DNA from: Alphaproteobacteria bacterium
GTDB taxonomy: Bacteria; Pseudomonadota; Alphaproteobacteria; JAQWUY01
DNA: 64,000 nt
Reading direction: 5' to 3'
Assembly (NCBI GenBank): GCA_965232465.1
Contig: OZ246977.1
Span: forward strand, 144,684-208,683
The notes beneath the pieces were generated by a model that saw only the letters and a list, made by a program, of their open reading frames with translations, searched no databases and was not told the DNA's origin. Made by a program: the position numbers and the translations under genes. Shown here in pieces: positions 12,001 through 18,122 of the stretch; the stretch's first letter is position 1; every line of letters starts with the position of its first letter.

Positions 12001-13799
12001 ACCAATGTTTTGCCATTGACTGTAAGGTTTCCGTGACTATCTGTATCGGCTAGGCTCTTAACTGTCCAGTCGGATTTTTGGGTTTGGCTGCCGGTGACAG
12101 ATAATTTACCTAGTATCTGTGCTGTGCTTACGGTTACATTGCCAGACGCATACGGCACAACAAGATTTGTCATCGTTAACGATCCGGTGAATGCAATGTC
12201 GGTCTTTACATAAACAATGCGGGGGTTAAAGTCCGTGGCACTGTATGTCAATTTGATAACCGCTGCACCCGCACCCGCCTTATCTTCCAGTGTACTGCTA
12301 TAGGTGGCACTGCCAATGGCAACATTTGTACTCCCATTCTTAAACTGGAAGTCCGTACCACTGGTACCAGAAACCCTTTCTGCTTTCACCGTCGGCGTTA
12401 CCCCGGTGGGCAGGGTACCAATAAAGGTACTCAGGTCATATGTTTTGGTATTGGTTAAGGTATACGCATTGGCTTCGCTGCTGCCATCGCCGCCCTTAAT
12501 ATCATTACTGGTTTTGTCCGAATCGGATAACACAGTACCGATTTGGCTAATGGCTATCGCTTTCACGAATACAACCCGATCCTCAAATCCATCGGCACTG
12601 TATGTAAGTTTTAAGGTGGCGGCTTTGCCCCCGGCTATATCTGTGAACTTACTATCTGCGGTAATTTCCGATAAACTTATAACACTCCCATCGCTAGCGT
12701 ACAGTTCATAGTCCGTGCCTTTTTCCCCATCGCCATCGACTTGTTCCACCTTTACCGTAACTTTATTCGCATCAATCACCCCACCGGTGGTTTTAAGCGT
12801 ATCGGGAATGTCGCCAACAAAGTCTGCCACATCGTATTGTTCACTGTTTTGTAAGGCGTATGCGGATTGCTCTGTCGTGCCATCCCCATCACTGATTTTA
12901 TTGGCCGTTTTTTCCGCAGCACTCAGGGTGCTACCAAGGGCGGGGGTGCTATCGACCTCTGCCGTTTTAATATCATAGTGCCTCTCGACCTTGTCATAGC
13001 GTTTTGCCCACGCATCGCCACTGATGTTTAACGGTTTTAATTGTTGTGCTAATGGGGTGTTAAACGACCATTTTAACCCGGTGAAAAGTTCCGTGTTTGC
13101 CTCCCCCGATCTGGGCTTGTCGTATTCCGCCCGCAAGGTTAAAATGCTATTGGGTCTAAATTCGGCAATCAATTTGTTCCCCTGATCCACTGTATCGCCA
13201 ACACCATCAAACCGATAGGTGTTTAAACCGATAGTTAGGGATTCGAGATTGGGAACATTTCCTGAGGCGGTTATATCAAACCCTTTCAGGACTTTTTGAT
13301 CCTGTATAACCGCATTGCCCAATGGGTTATAATAGTTAGCGGAAAAATCAAATACCCCGGTTTTTAATTCCAGCCCCAACGATAGCCGTCTGAATACTTG
13401 TTTGTTGCCAAGCCGCCAAAACTTATTTTCCCCATCCTTGGTATCGATAAACAGGTTTACCCCCACAAGTGCCGGGCTATTGAGAAGTTGTGTCAATCTT
13501 CGGGTACCCACCCCCAAGTTTAACGCATTCACCCCCCCTTTGCGGTGTATACTGGTTTGTAAATACTGCAACCGATTTTTATTTTCACCTAATACAGAAA
13601 AACCGGTTAAACCATATTCTAAGCGATTGCTTGTATGGCTAAACTGTCCTTCGACCCATTGGAAAATACCTTTTTTGTTTACTGTGTCAATCAACAAATT
13701 CCCTGTCGCACTTACAACCTTGTCCGTATCATTGGTAAACGCTGGCGTTATTGCCGACAACACAAGTAAACTGGCACCGGCTAAAAACATTTTTCTCAT
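1..13799 (-). CDS. Giant inverse autotransporter (type Ve, intimin/invasin-like) adhesin, >4,599 aa, 3' end outside the window
   Basis: ATG at 13799 with an AGAAGGAAAG RBS. Hand translation gives MRKMFLAGASLLVLSAITPAFTNDTDKVVSATGNLLID...LNLGVGTR...LVGVNLFID...RRLSLGLELKT...FSANYY...KRYDKVERHYDI, an intimin/invasin-like barrel. The ~30 antisense shadow ORFs from 100 to 13402 share one frame and no fragment is listed in the sense frame, consistent with one unbroken ORF; the frame is open at position 3. Thr/Gly/Ser/Lys-rich repeats follow. Confidence 0.92.
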   Translation of the reverse strand, partial: MRKMFLAGASLLVLSAITPAFTNDTDKVVSATGNLLIDTVNKKGIFQWVEGQFSHTSNRLEYGLTGFSVLGENKNRLQYLQTSIHRKGGVNALNLGVGTRRLTQLLNSPALVGVNLFIDTKDGENKFWRLGNKQVFRRLSLGLELKTGVFDFSANYYNPLGNAVIQDQKVLKGFDITASGNVPNLESLTIGLNTYRFDGVGDTVDQGNKLIAEFRPNSILTLRAEYDKPRSGEANTELFTGLKWSFNTPLAQQLKPLNISGDAWAKRYDKVERHYDIKTAEVDSTPALGSTLSAAEKTANKISDGDGTTEQSAYALQNSEQYDVADFVGDIPDTLKTTGGVIDANKVTVKVEQVDGDGEKGTDYELYASDGSVISLSEITADSKFTDIAGGKAATLKLTYSADGFEDRVVFVKAIAISQIGTVLSDSDKTSNDIKGGDGSSEANAYTLTNTKTYDLSTFIGTLPTGVTPTVKAERVSGTSGTDFQFKNGSTNVAIGSATYSSTLEDKAGAGAAVIKLTYSATDFNPRIVYVKTDIAFTGSLTMTNLVVPYASGNVTVSTAQILGKLSVTGSQTQKSDWTVKSLADTDSHGNLTVNGKTLVISGAIPSGTTVTAVFEHTGSEYADQTKTFELSTGEGTLGDTPTGLSGKWGKTFNVDYKLKSSDTVGDVTVSFDTGTDFTFTIVPSGDGGQGGKDATTAGIVTGALSGAIDDKTGAIDGSKLNKSGKLLVKIVRAAKGGLPELTVYENITVNKQESSDHSGFTVSAGAIPWATASRAITYTPTNLPTGIGTATYTLTATGTTAGPTTGGNAITIASSTGAIAKTNKSGVVKVRITYAANDKYTSMTRDVDVTINKQTLSAGTLSVANLVVSYVSGNKTVSAADVLGQLTTTGSNRSDWTVKSLTDTDGHANVAAASGGKSLTISGAITTSTTITVVFESTKYTDVTKTFELSTRPAQVIDGTPTGLTGKWGKGSVTPDYKLKTRDQGQDFDKANDFTFVIVPASDGGKGGKDATTAGIVTGALTGAINEETGVIDTSKLTQSGKLLIQIVRDEKGTGANKVAEATDYVNFDVTKQVLGTDVTTPPAVAKATSESGKWKDSTVTKIDLDYTLPGGTRATQYTWTVAKKSSDAPSGTLNIVNGDIRGATSGGTVEITMTATPGNPKYSGSMRTADFTIAKQVLGTDVTTRPAVATASGEDGKWKSSTSAKIALNYTLPGGTTASQYSWAVGKKSGDAPSGTLVIDQTNGHISGAASSGTAEITITAKAANKKYSGSIRTADFAIAKQTVAASTLSVANLVVTYTSGTRTVSAADVLGQLTATGSSRSDWTVKSLADTDSHANVAVASGGKSLTISGGITTATTTITVVFESSKYNDVSKDFELSTRASDLTTATPTGTGVWGKTYTPTYNLDDKGGTFKTGTGGDFTFSIEPSGTTVSGLTSTTNGIVASGQNAITPATGAIDATKLTRSGVLLIKIVRAKSGTTTVTEHYNLTVGKQVLGTHVTTIPTVSLTGGDNNKWKSNTATKFRMTYANLPGTQAANTFDWIVAGKTGNVPSGTLDIDTNGRISGATSAGTAIITMKAKTNDPKYSGQFILADFAIAKQAGTGALTMDALVIPYASGSEKVATATITGKLGVPAAGGLGAKSEWTLKSLADTDSHSNLAVTDSGKTLTISGAITTSTTVTATFESDKYDDKTATFELSTGAGEMTDTSATRSGLRGKWGVGFTTAADYKLKLSDTVGDTTVTFTKGTTSTPGDYTFTIVPTSDGGKGGKDATTSGIVTGTLTGAINANTGAIDGSKLNKSGKVLVKIVRKAKGGLPALTDYENITVDRQVLGTDVTTIPTIRLNSGDNKWKTGNTKFDLKYTNLPGGLSASAFGWGIKSTTASGLLAIDAVGKINGATSAGTVVITMTASASNNDKYVGSFDLAAFTIAKQTTTDTLSMADLVISYVSADGDRKVTTAEILGQLSVSSTGTAQTQKSEWTLVSVADTDNNGDLAVTDSGKTLTISDEITTKTTVTATLSHPAYENKTATFGLSTERSKISKGPRTGSGKWGKTYTTNYNIKSPVGGQTFKISDSDFTFSIVASGTNVAGYTSTTPNIFSSNPITASTGVIDGTKLTKSGTLLVKIDRKAKGSVKKVTEYQNFTVSKQDSSDHTRFSISAGTIRWNANSQTVTYIENARKPAGISTSPTYALIASGTTAGTTSGNGAITVSSDGKIANTSKSGVVKVKVTYPANDKYAEITRDVSVPVNKQTGTGALTMGDLVIPFGAADTSKPVSTATITGKLGVPSAGGLGAKSEWTLTDLSKKDANTNITLADDDKSLTITGAFTTSTRVTATFESEKYATRFVDFKLSTGAGVMSTGTRDGLSGKWGKTFAVDYKLKGSDTVGDVQNVTFTTGSASTASDYTFTIVTGNKPSDAPSSAKATTSNILDTSKTAINAKNGVINGMALTKSGDLLVKIVRKAKGGLPELIEYENITVTKQDSNDHTGFTVSAAAIPWATASQTVTYTSQNKPTGISSPSYALIRAGTTAGTSGGLGSIQINSTGAIAKTVQSGVVKVEILYAANDKYERITRNVDVKVNKQAGSGDLTMATLVVPYSGTGTKDVTGTDVKGKLSVPNGLGTQSDWTLKSLAKRTGAVADDTLEISGDKKSMTIKKAISTATPLTAVFESSKYTDRTVNFTMSTAGGTLSGTPTGLVGTWGKSFNVDYDLKTTDTVGGVTATFTTGSSGDFTFSIVAAGGNDGSGLRPTTANIFTTSPINTKTGAITGANLLKSGTLLVKIVRAAKTVGSDTVPQLIGYENITVNKQVFGTGTNADIKKVPTITLISDDSGTEDKKWKSDPDTKFNIGYTDLPGRQAVNTFVWSVANKQNAGPSGTVKIDQADGQISGATSAGTVVITVKAKASDPKYTGQFDLADFVIGKQTATDTLSMGNFVIPYVTGAQVVSNATLRGKFAVAKAQAATNPQTQKSDWTIKSLSGLGANASVVTDAQGKNTIRISGAISSAVTVTATFESPKYADKTATFTLKTGSGTLLGTPTRTAGKWGKAFNVDYDLKTSDTVGDVGPVTFKDDGTTDDFAFTIEPHTSAAPSGLKPTTQGIVSGLFSGAIDGKTGAITGSKLIKSGDLLVKIVRKAKGGLPALTGYVNITVNKQTDADHSGFTVTPSGITWNANSQTVTYATANTPPGISTPTYTLTALGTTAGPTSGNDAITVTQNNGHIAKTSRGGVVKVKVTYAANDKYAEIVKNVDVAVDRKTETGTLSIADIVKPYGGGTVTISSSDIEDKISVASGISTKDDWTIKSLTETHDKLAAANGALTISGAIATPTTVTAVLESTKYKDKTGITFKVSTDTGTMSTGTARSGLSGKWGKGFTTATDYQLKLTDTVGSSSYTFAKGDTTNAGDYTFTILPNSDGNKGGKTATTAGIVQSDAYTQAINANTGAIVGSALTKSGTLLVKIVRAAKGGLPALTDYENITVTKHDSDDYPNFKILANSAITWSANEQNVSYAISNRPGNISTARYTLNPSGTTAGPTSGASAITVESNTGRIAKTAQGGVVKVKITYPTNAKFEEIVKNVDVTVNKQTSTDTLSVSEVKIPYLSGSIPVANSAFENNLSVTGASGAAQTQKTDWKVNNLATTHGDLTVSGNGKVLRVTGAIPSDDDNTPATVKVIFENDKYKNKLVDVKLTTVAPKLFSTTPTGTTGKWGKAFNVKYNLQTSDVGTTFDPTQHYAFSIVGAGTMPADAPSGLSATTAGIFTSDPIDSKSGAITGTNLLKSGKLLVKIVRTKTGTATVTEYLNITVTKQELGAGKDVTTVPTISLNSGNSKWKTGDTKFDLKYTNLPGGLNANAFAWGIKSTTASGLLEIDTDGKISKATSAGTVVITMSAKSADEKYTGSFDLAAFTITKQTTTDTLSIAQIKVPYSSSSSTVTVSTTTIEGALAVAKGSSSSAQNAQTQASEWKLKTLTEKTDHAKLAVNGKTLTVSGAISTATVTAVFEHPAYDNVTFDFTLSTTAGTMTDDPSTRTGLSGTWGKAFTATDYKLKASDTVGAVTATFKTDGSNDDFTFSVVPSGTAVTGYTSTTANMFTTSPINSKTGAIIGTNLLRGGTLLVKIVRKAKTVPAGTLPALTDYQNITVDKQTLASLTTAPTVTVASGADMVWRSSGGNIPLRYNLPGGTTFTDYDWTVTAVSGKEPDTISSGLAVTGAGVAGAVSGGTVTFKMKAKAGNAKYKGELGLGQFVIKKQTIVSGLTVGNVVEIFDGSVSTVPISENDIWAKVSTRTGAPTKKNDWKIKSLSVPQGTTNLAVDSGGKSLTISGEINTPITVTVTFESKKYVDAQALFRVVTQKGGMYTQIPTGTGKWGQSGQTYTTNYYLDTSLGFTKGTTSQRGNYTFEIVPSGTRVGGFTSTTTGIVQGNGAINPNTGNIVASRLTKGGTLLIKITRDALSSSVPKLVVYQNFTVGKQELGVDRLTSSTVTTDTNEDGKWKTSSSAKIDLKYPSPPTGLQFDWTVARKTGNLPTGTLKIDNNGDISGATSGGTVVTTITAKASDPKYTGKQDFEFTIGKQTTGDNLAFADMRVPQSTAGTDVSFDDLLQQLTVT
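105..12190 (-). repeat. About 12 tri-modular super-repeats (~1 kb, ~330 aa each) in the adhesin passenger
   Basis: The G(K/T/V)WG(K/V/Q) motif recurs near 718, 1707, 2686, 3697, 4666, 5695, 6685, 7642, 8638, 9604, 10891 and 11851; modules are separated by (V/I)xKQ. Confidence 0.85.
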
Positions 13800-13892
13800 T
13801 TTTAATCTTTCCTTCTATCAATCTGTTAAAAATATTAATGTAAATCAAAATACTATGTTATAAAAAAACATAAACACATTCCTACATAAACG

Positions 13893-13954
13893 ATAATATA
13901 CAACCTTTACACAAAAATCAATAACAATTATTATTAATTTTTTTTTTTTTTTTT
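13893..13954 (-). promoter_or_regulatory. sigma70-like promoter of the giant adhesin with an upstream A17 tract
   Basis: Minus strand reads TTGATT-17 bp-TATTAT; a T17 run at 13938-13954 on + is A17 just upstream of the -35. Confidence 0.55.
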
Positions 13955-14157
13955 AATTTATGTAACACATTGATTATAAAGGATATTTTTTTTAAATGGT
14001 ACCTGCAAAAACAAAATAATACCATAAGTTGCCCTGTAAAATGGTGCGGATATGTTAAAATATATAAAAAAGATTGCATGTTGTCCATATTTTGTATACT
14101 ATGGCACTGAATGGTTATATAATATTATGTTTAACAGAAAAAATAAGGGGTTTAAAC

Positions 14158-14376
14158 ATGGGCACATTTAGTATTTGGCACTGGGCCATTGTCGCACTCA
14201 TTGTGGTGGTGTTATTTGGCGGTGGGGGTAAATTGTCCCGTATTATGGGCGATTTTGGCAAGGGCTTAAAAGAATTTAAAAAGAATGTCAAAGAAGATAA
14301 TAAAGACAGTGTGGGCAAGGACAGCGTGCAGGAAAAGGACATTAGCAAATCCGACAACACATCCGATGAAAAGTAA
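14158..14376 (+). CDS. tatA: Twin-arginine translocase TatA
   Basis: MGTFSIWHWAIVALIVVVLFGGGGKLSRIMGDFGKGLKEFKK; start moved to the ATG at 14158; directly upstream of tatB/tatC. Confidence 0.95.
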   Translation: MGTFSIWHWAIVALIVVVLFGGGGKLSRIMGDFGKGLKEFKKNVKEDNKDSVGKDSVQEKDISKSDNTSDEK

Positions 14377-14379
14377 ATC

Positions 14380-14763
14380 ATGTTTGATTTGGGGTGGAGC
14401 GAATTTTTAATTGTGGCGGTGGTGACCATCGTCGTTGTGGGACCGCGCGAGCTGCCACGGGTTTTAAAGACCGTGTCATCGGCGGTGCGTACGGCCCGCA
14501 GGTACGCATCCGATTTTCAACGCTCTGTCATGGATGTGGCGGACCTGAACGATTTAAACGATATGCGTAAAACTTTGACCGCTGAACAGGAGGAAATCAA
14601 TAAAAACATGCGGGATGCCGCCATTGATATGGACGCCATGCGTCAAGAATGGGAAATGGATTGGGACGCAGAACTAGGCATCGATAAAACAGACCAAAAA
14701 CCTACGGCAAAAAAAGCGGTTGCGAAAAAAAGTCCAACAAATACCCAACAGAAAGACAGCTAA
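14380..14763 (+). CDS. tatB: Twin-arginine translocase TatB
   Basis: MFDLGWSEFLIVAVVTIVVVGPRELP signature. Confidence 0.95.
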   Translation: MFDLGWSEFLIVAVVTIVVVGPRELPRVLKTVSSAVRTARRYASDFQRSVMDVADLNDLNDMRKTLTAEQEEINKNMRDAAIDMDAMRQEWEMDWDAELGIDKTDQKPTAKKAVAKKSPTNTQQKDS

Positions 14764-14766
14764 GCT

Positions 14767-15555
14767 ATGGAGGAAAACCCCCCAGAACACAGCATACTCG
14801 AACATCTGTATGAATTACGCCGTCGTCTTTTATACAGTTTTGCGGCGTTGTTAATGGGATTTTTTGTCAGCTTTTATTTTGCCAATGATATTTTTAATTT
14901 TCTAACCCATCCGTTGTTAGAAGCATTTGGCGATACAGACAGCAGACGCCTTATATACACCGGCTTAGCAGAAAAGTTTTTTACCAATATTAAGTTGGCA
15001 TTTTTTGCCTCATTTATGGTGATGTTTCCCATATTGTTAATACAGGTATGGATGTTTATTGCCCCTGGATTGTACAAAAATGAACGCCGGGTATTTTTAC
15101 CCTTTTTATGGATGACCCCCCTATTATTTGGGCTTGGGGCGGCGTTTGTATATTACTTTGTGTTGCCCGTTGCGTGGCATTTTTTCCTGGGTTTTGAACA
15201 ATCTGGGACGGCAACTGTACTGGCGGTGGAATTGGAATCGAAAGTCGATGAATATTTATCGTTGGTGATGCAGTTAATTTTTGCGTTTGGGTTGGCGTTT
15301 GAATTGCCTGTGTTGTTGTTGTTATTGGTAAAAACGGGTATTATCGATACAGCATGGCTGCGTACAAAACGCCGATATGCCATATTGCTGGCGTTTGTTT
15401 TGGCGGCTATTTTGACACCCCCGGATCCTTTGTCGCAAATTGGTTTGGCAATTCCCTTGATTATTCTGTATGAGGCGTCTATTATACTATCATTGTTTTT
15501 GCAGAAACATACATCAGCGGACACAACCGATATAACAGTAAAAGATAAGGAATAA
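14767..15555 (+). CDS. tatC: Twin-arginine translocase TatC
   Basis: HLYELRRRL, FIAPGLYKNER, FGLAFELP and LTPPDPLSQ motifs. Confidence 0.97.
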   Translation: MEENPPEHSILEHLYELRRRLLYSFAALLMGFFVSFYFANDIFNFLTHPLLEAFGDTDSRRLIYTGLAEKFFTNIKLAFFASFMVMFPILLIQVWMFIAPGLYKNERRVFLPFLWMTPLLFGLGAAFVYYFVLPVAWHFFLGFEQSGTATVLAVELESKVDEYLSLVMQLIFAFGLAFELPVLLLLLVKTGIIDTAWLRTKRRYAILLAFVLAAILTPPDPLSQIGLAIPLIILYEASIILSLFLQKHTSADTTDITVKDKE

Positions 15556-15560
15556 TATGT

Positions 15561-16838
15561 ATGCACGATTTAAAATTTATCCGTGAAAATCCCGCCCTTT
15601 TTGACAAGGGTATGGTGCGGCGGGGGCTGCACCCCCAATCCGCCCGCATATTGGCACTGGATGAAAAACGGCGGGCGGTACAAACGCAAATGCAGACATT
15701 ACAAGCCCGCCGTAACAGTACATCAAAACAAATCGGTATGTTAAAATCACAGGGCAAACAGGACGACGCCCAATCGATGGTCGATGCCGTGTCGGCAATG
15801 AAACAAGCGTTGTCTGATATGCAAGATACACAACGCCGTATTGCCGATGATTTGCAAACCCTGCTGTCCGAATTGCCCAATCTGTTATACGACGATGTCC
15901 CCGATGGACAAAACGAAGACGACAATGTAGTGATGCACACCATAGGGGATATTCCCAGCTTTGATTTTCCCCCAAAACAGCACTGGGAGTTGGGGGAAAA
16001 TTTGGGGGTCATGGATTTTGCATATTCTGCCAAGATTTCAGGGGCACGGTTTGTGACTTTAAATGGGGCTTTGGCACGGATGGAACGGGCATTGGGCAAT
16101 TTTATGATCGATATGCATACCCAACAACACGGATATACCGAATATCAAATACCTGTGCTGGTCCGATCGAAGGCCATGTATGGTACGGGACAGCTGCCCA
16201 AGTTTGCCGAAGAGGCGTTTAAAACAACCGGCGATCATTATTTAATCTCCACATCGGAAATTCCCCTGACAAATTATGCGTTCGATAAAATTTTGGATGC
16301 GGCCGAATTGCCAAAACGCCTAACCGCTTGGTCGGTGTGTTTTCGATCTGAGGCGGGGGCAGCGGGCAAAGACACCCGGGGGATGTTACGGCAACATCAA
16401 TTTTATAAGGTGGAAATGGTATCGATTACCACGCCGGAACAGTCCGATGCGGAACTGGAACGCATGTTGGGGTGTGCGGAAAATGTATTAAAAGCATTAC
16501 AAATTCCATACCGTGTGGTAAAATTATGCAGCGGCGATATGGGATTTGCCTCCCGCCGTACCTATGATATCGAGGCATGGTTGCCGGGACAAAATACCTA
16601 TCGTGAAATTTCATCTTGTTCCACCTGTGGCGATTTTCAAGCCCGGCGTATGCAAGGCAGGTTGCGTCGCAAGGGACAACAAGGTACCGAATTTGTCCAT
16701 ACTTTAAATGGGTCGGGGCTGGCAACCGGGCGCACATTGATTGCCATTATGGAAAATTATCAAAATGCCGATGGTACCATTACCGTACCAGAAGTATTAA
16801 GACCCTATATGGGGGGATTAAAAACCCTTGATAAATAA
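15561..16838 (+). CDS. serS: Serine--tRNA ligase
   Basis: N-terminal coiled coil, GTGQLPKF, CFRSEAG, RQHQFYKVE, EISSCS, HTLNGSGLA. Confidence 0.98.
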   Translation: MHDLKFIRENPALFDKGMVRRGLHPQSARILALDEKRRAVQTQMQTLQARRNSTSKQIGMLKSQGKQDDAQSMVDAVSAMKQALSDMQDTQRRIADDLQTLLSELPNLLYDDVPDGQNEDDNVVMHTIGDIPSFDFPPKQHWELGENLGVMDFAYSAKISGARFVTLNGALARMERALGNFMIDMHTQQHGYTEYQIPVLVRSKAMYGTGQLPKFAEEAFKTTGDHYLISTSEIPLTNYAFDKILDAAELPKRLTAWSVCFRSEAGAAGKDTRGMLRQHQFYKVEMVSITTPEQSDAELERMLGCAENVLKALQIPYRVVKLCSGDMGFASRRTYDIEAWLPGQNTYREISSCSTCGDFQARRMQGRLRRKGQQGTEFVHTLNGSGLATGRTLIAIMENYQNADGTITVPEVLRPYMGGLKTLDK

Positions 16839-17688
16839 TACGTATATATGGCGATTGTGTATGGGGGCGTTGTGTGCGGTGCTGTTGTCTGCGTGCGGGG
16901 GGGGAGATATGGTACAAAAAGACGATACCATGTGTGTATGGGTATATACAGTAGAAAAAGGCGATACCATATACAACATATCAACAAGGTTCGGTATCAG
17001 TCAAGATGCACTTATGCGTTTGAATACATTAAATAGCCCCTTTATACGTGCGAGACAAGAACTGCGTATACCAAATAGTACCCAGAATGGTACCCAGCTT
17101 TCGAAGCCTGTACCAAAACCGCAAATATATATTGTGAAACAAGGCGATACCATATCTGGTATTGCAAGGAGGTGTGGAACCACTGTACAGGCGATTATAC
17201 AACAAAATAATTTATCTTCGGATACTATTTACCCCAATCAGCGGTTGAGTATTGGGGGAAAAACCGCCACAAAACCATCGACACCTGCCACACCGCCCCG
17301 AAAAATTGTTAGCACAGGAAAATTCACCTTGCCTGTGCAAGGGAAACAAATTGTTGCGTTTGGTAGCTTTAAAAATGGGGTACGGGCTGATGGTATTAAC
17401 ATCGCAGCAAAACGGGGCGATAAGGTAAAATCCGCCGATAGTGGGCGGGTTGTGTACGCCGGCGATGCCATCAGTGGATATGGGAATATGGTGTTAATAT
17501 CCCATGCCAAAGGCTTTGTAACCTTATATGCCCACCTAGACACCATTGCCATCGCCCAAGGCAGAACAGTTCAAAAGGGACAATCGCTTGGTACCGTTGG
17601 CAGTACAGGCAATGTAACCCGCCCACAACTGCATTTTCAGATTCGTAAAAATCAAAAACCTTTAAATCCAAATAAATATTTTCGGTAA
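16828..17688 (+). CDS. nlpD: LysM x2 / M23 peptidase-family lipoprotein (NlpD/DipM-like)
   Basis: Lipobox LLSAC, two LysM repeats (YTVEKGDT, YIVKQGDT) and an M23 domain (DGINIAA, YAHL, PQLHFQIR). The start could be 16828 (TTG) or 16861. Confidence 0.85.
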   Translation: MINNTYIWRLCMGALCAVLLSACGGGDMVQKDDTMCVWVYTVEKGDTIYNISTRFGISQDALMRLNTLNSPFIRARQELRIPNSTQNGTQLSKPVPKPQIYIVKQGDTISGIARRCGTTVQAIIQQNNLSSDTIYPNQRLSIGGKTATKPSTPATPPRKIVSTGKFTLPVQGKQIVAFGSFKNGVRADGINIAAKRGDKVKSADSGRVVYAGDAISGYGNMVLISHAKGFVTLYAHLDTIAIAQGRTVQKGQSLGTVGSTGNVTRPQLHFQIRKNQKPLNPNKYFR

Positions 17689-17691
17689 TGG

Positions 17692-17719
17692 TTGAAAAAA
17701 TATAGTATGGTGGTATAAT
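17692..17719 (+). promoter_or_regulatory. sigma70 promoter for yajC-secDF
   Basis: TTGAAA-16 bp-TATAAT with an extended TGn element. Confidence 0.6.
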
Positions 17720-17760
17720 CCGCCCATTGGTATGTAATTTAGAAATAAGGAATTTACAAC

Positions 17761-18099
17761 ATGTTTAAAAATATACTATTATTCGTAGGGACATTGGGTA
17801 TGGCAACAGGGGCATTTGCCGATACAGGGGGGGCAAGTAGTGCTATGGTACAGTTTTTGCCCTTAATTTTGATTTTTGCCATTTTTTATTTTTTGCTTAT
17901 TCGTCCCCAACAAAAACGCCAAAAAGAACATCAGAACAAGTTAAAAGCCATCGGTAAAGGCAATGTTATTATTACGGGTGGCGGTATCAAGGGCAAAGTG
18001 AAAAAAGCCAATGAAACCGAACTCGATGTGGAAATTGCCGATGGGGTGGTGATTACCGTGTTGCGATCCACTGTTTTGGATGTACCAAATAAATCATAA
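17761..18099 (+). CDS. yajC: Preprotein translocase subunit YajC
   Basis: FYFLLIRPQQKRQKEH, ITGGGIKG; upstream of secD. Confidence 0.96.
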   Translation: MFKNILLFVGTLGMATGAFADTGGASSAMVQFLPLILIFAIFYFLLIRPQQKRQKEHQNKLKAIGKGNVIITGGGIKGKVKKANETELDVEIADGVVITVLRSTVLDVPNKS

Positions 18100-18122
18100 A
18101 ACAAGGAATAAGGGAGTATAAC

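Noticed and set aside
100-13863. Dozens of plus-strand ORFs rich in V/P/L/S
   Set aside because: They are antisense shadows, mostly in one frame, of the giant minus-strand adhesin; the same applies to 27045-31277.
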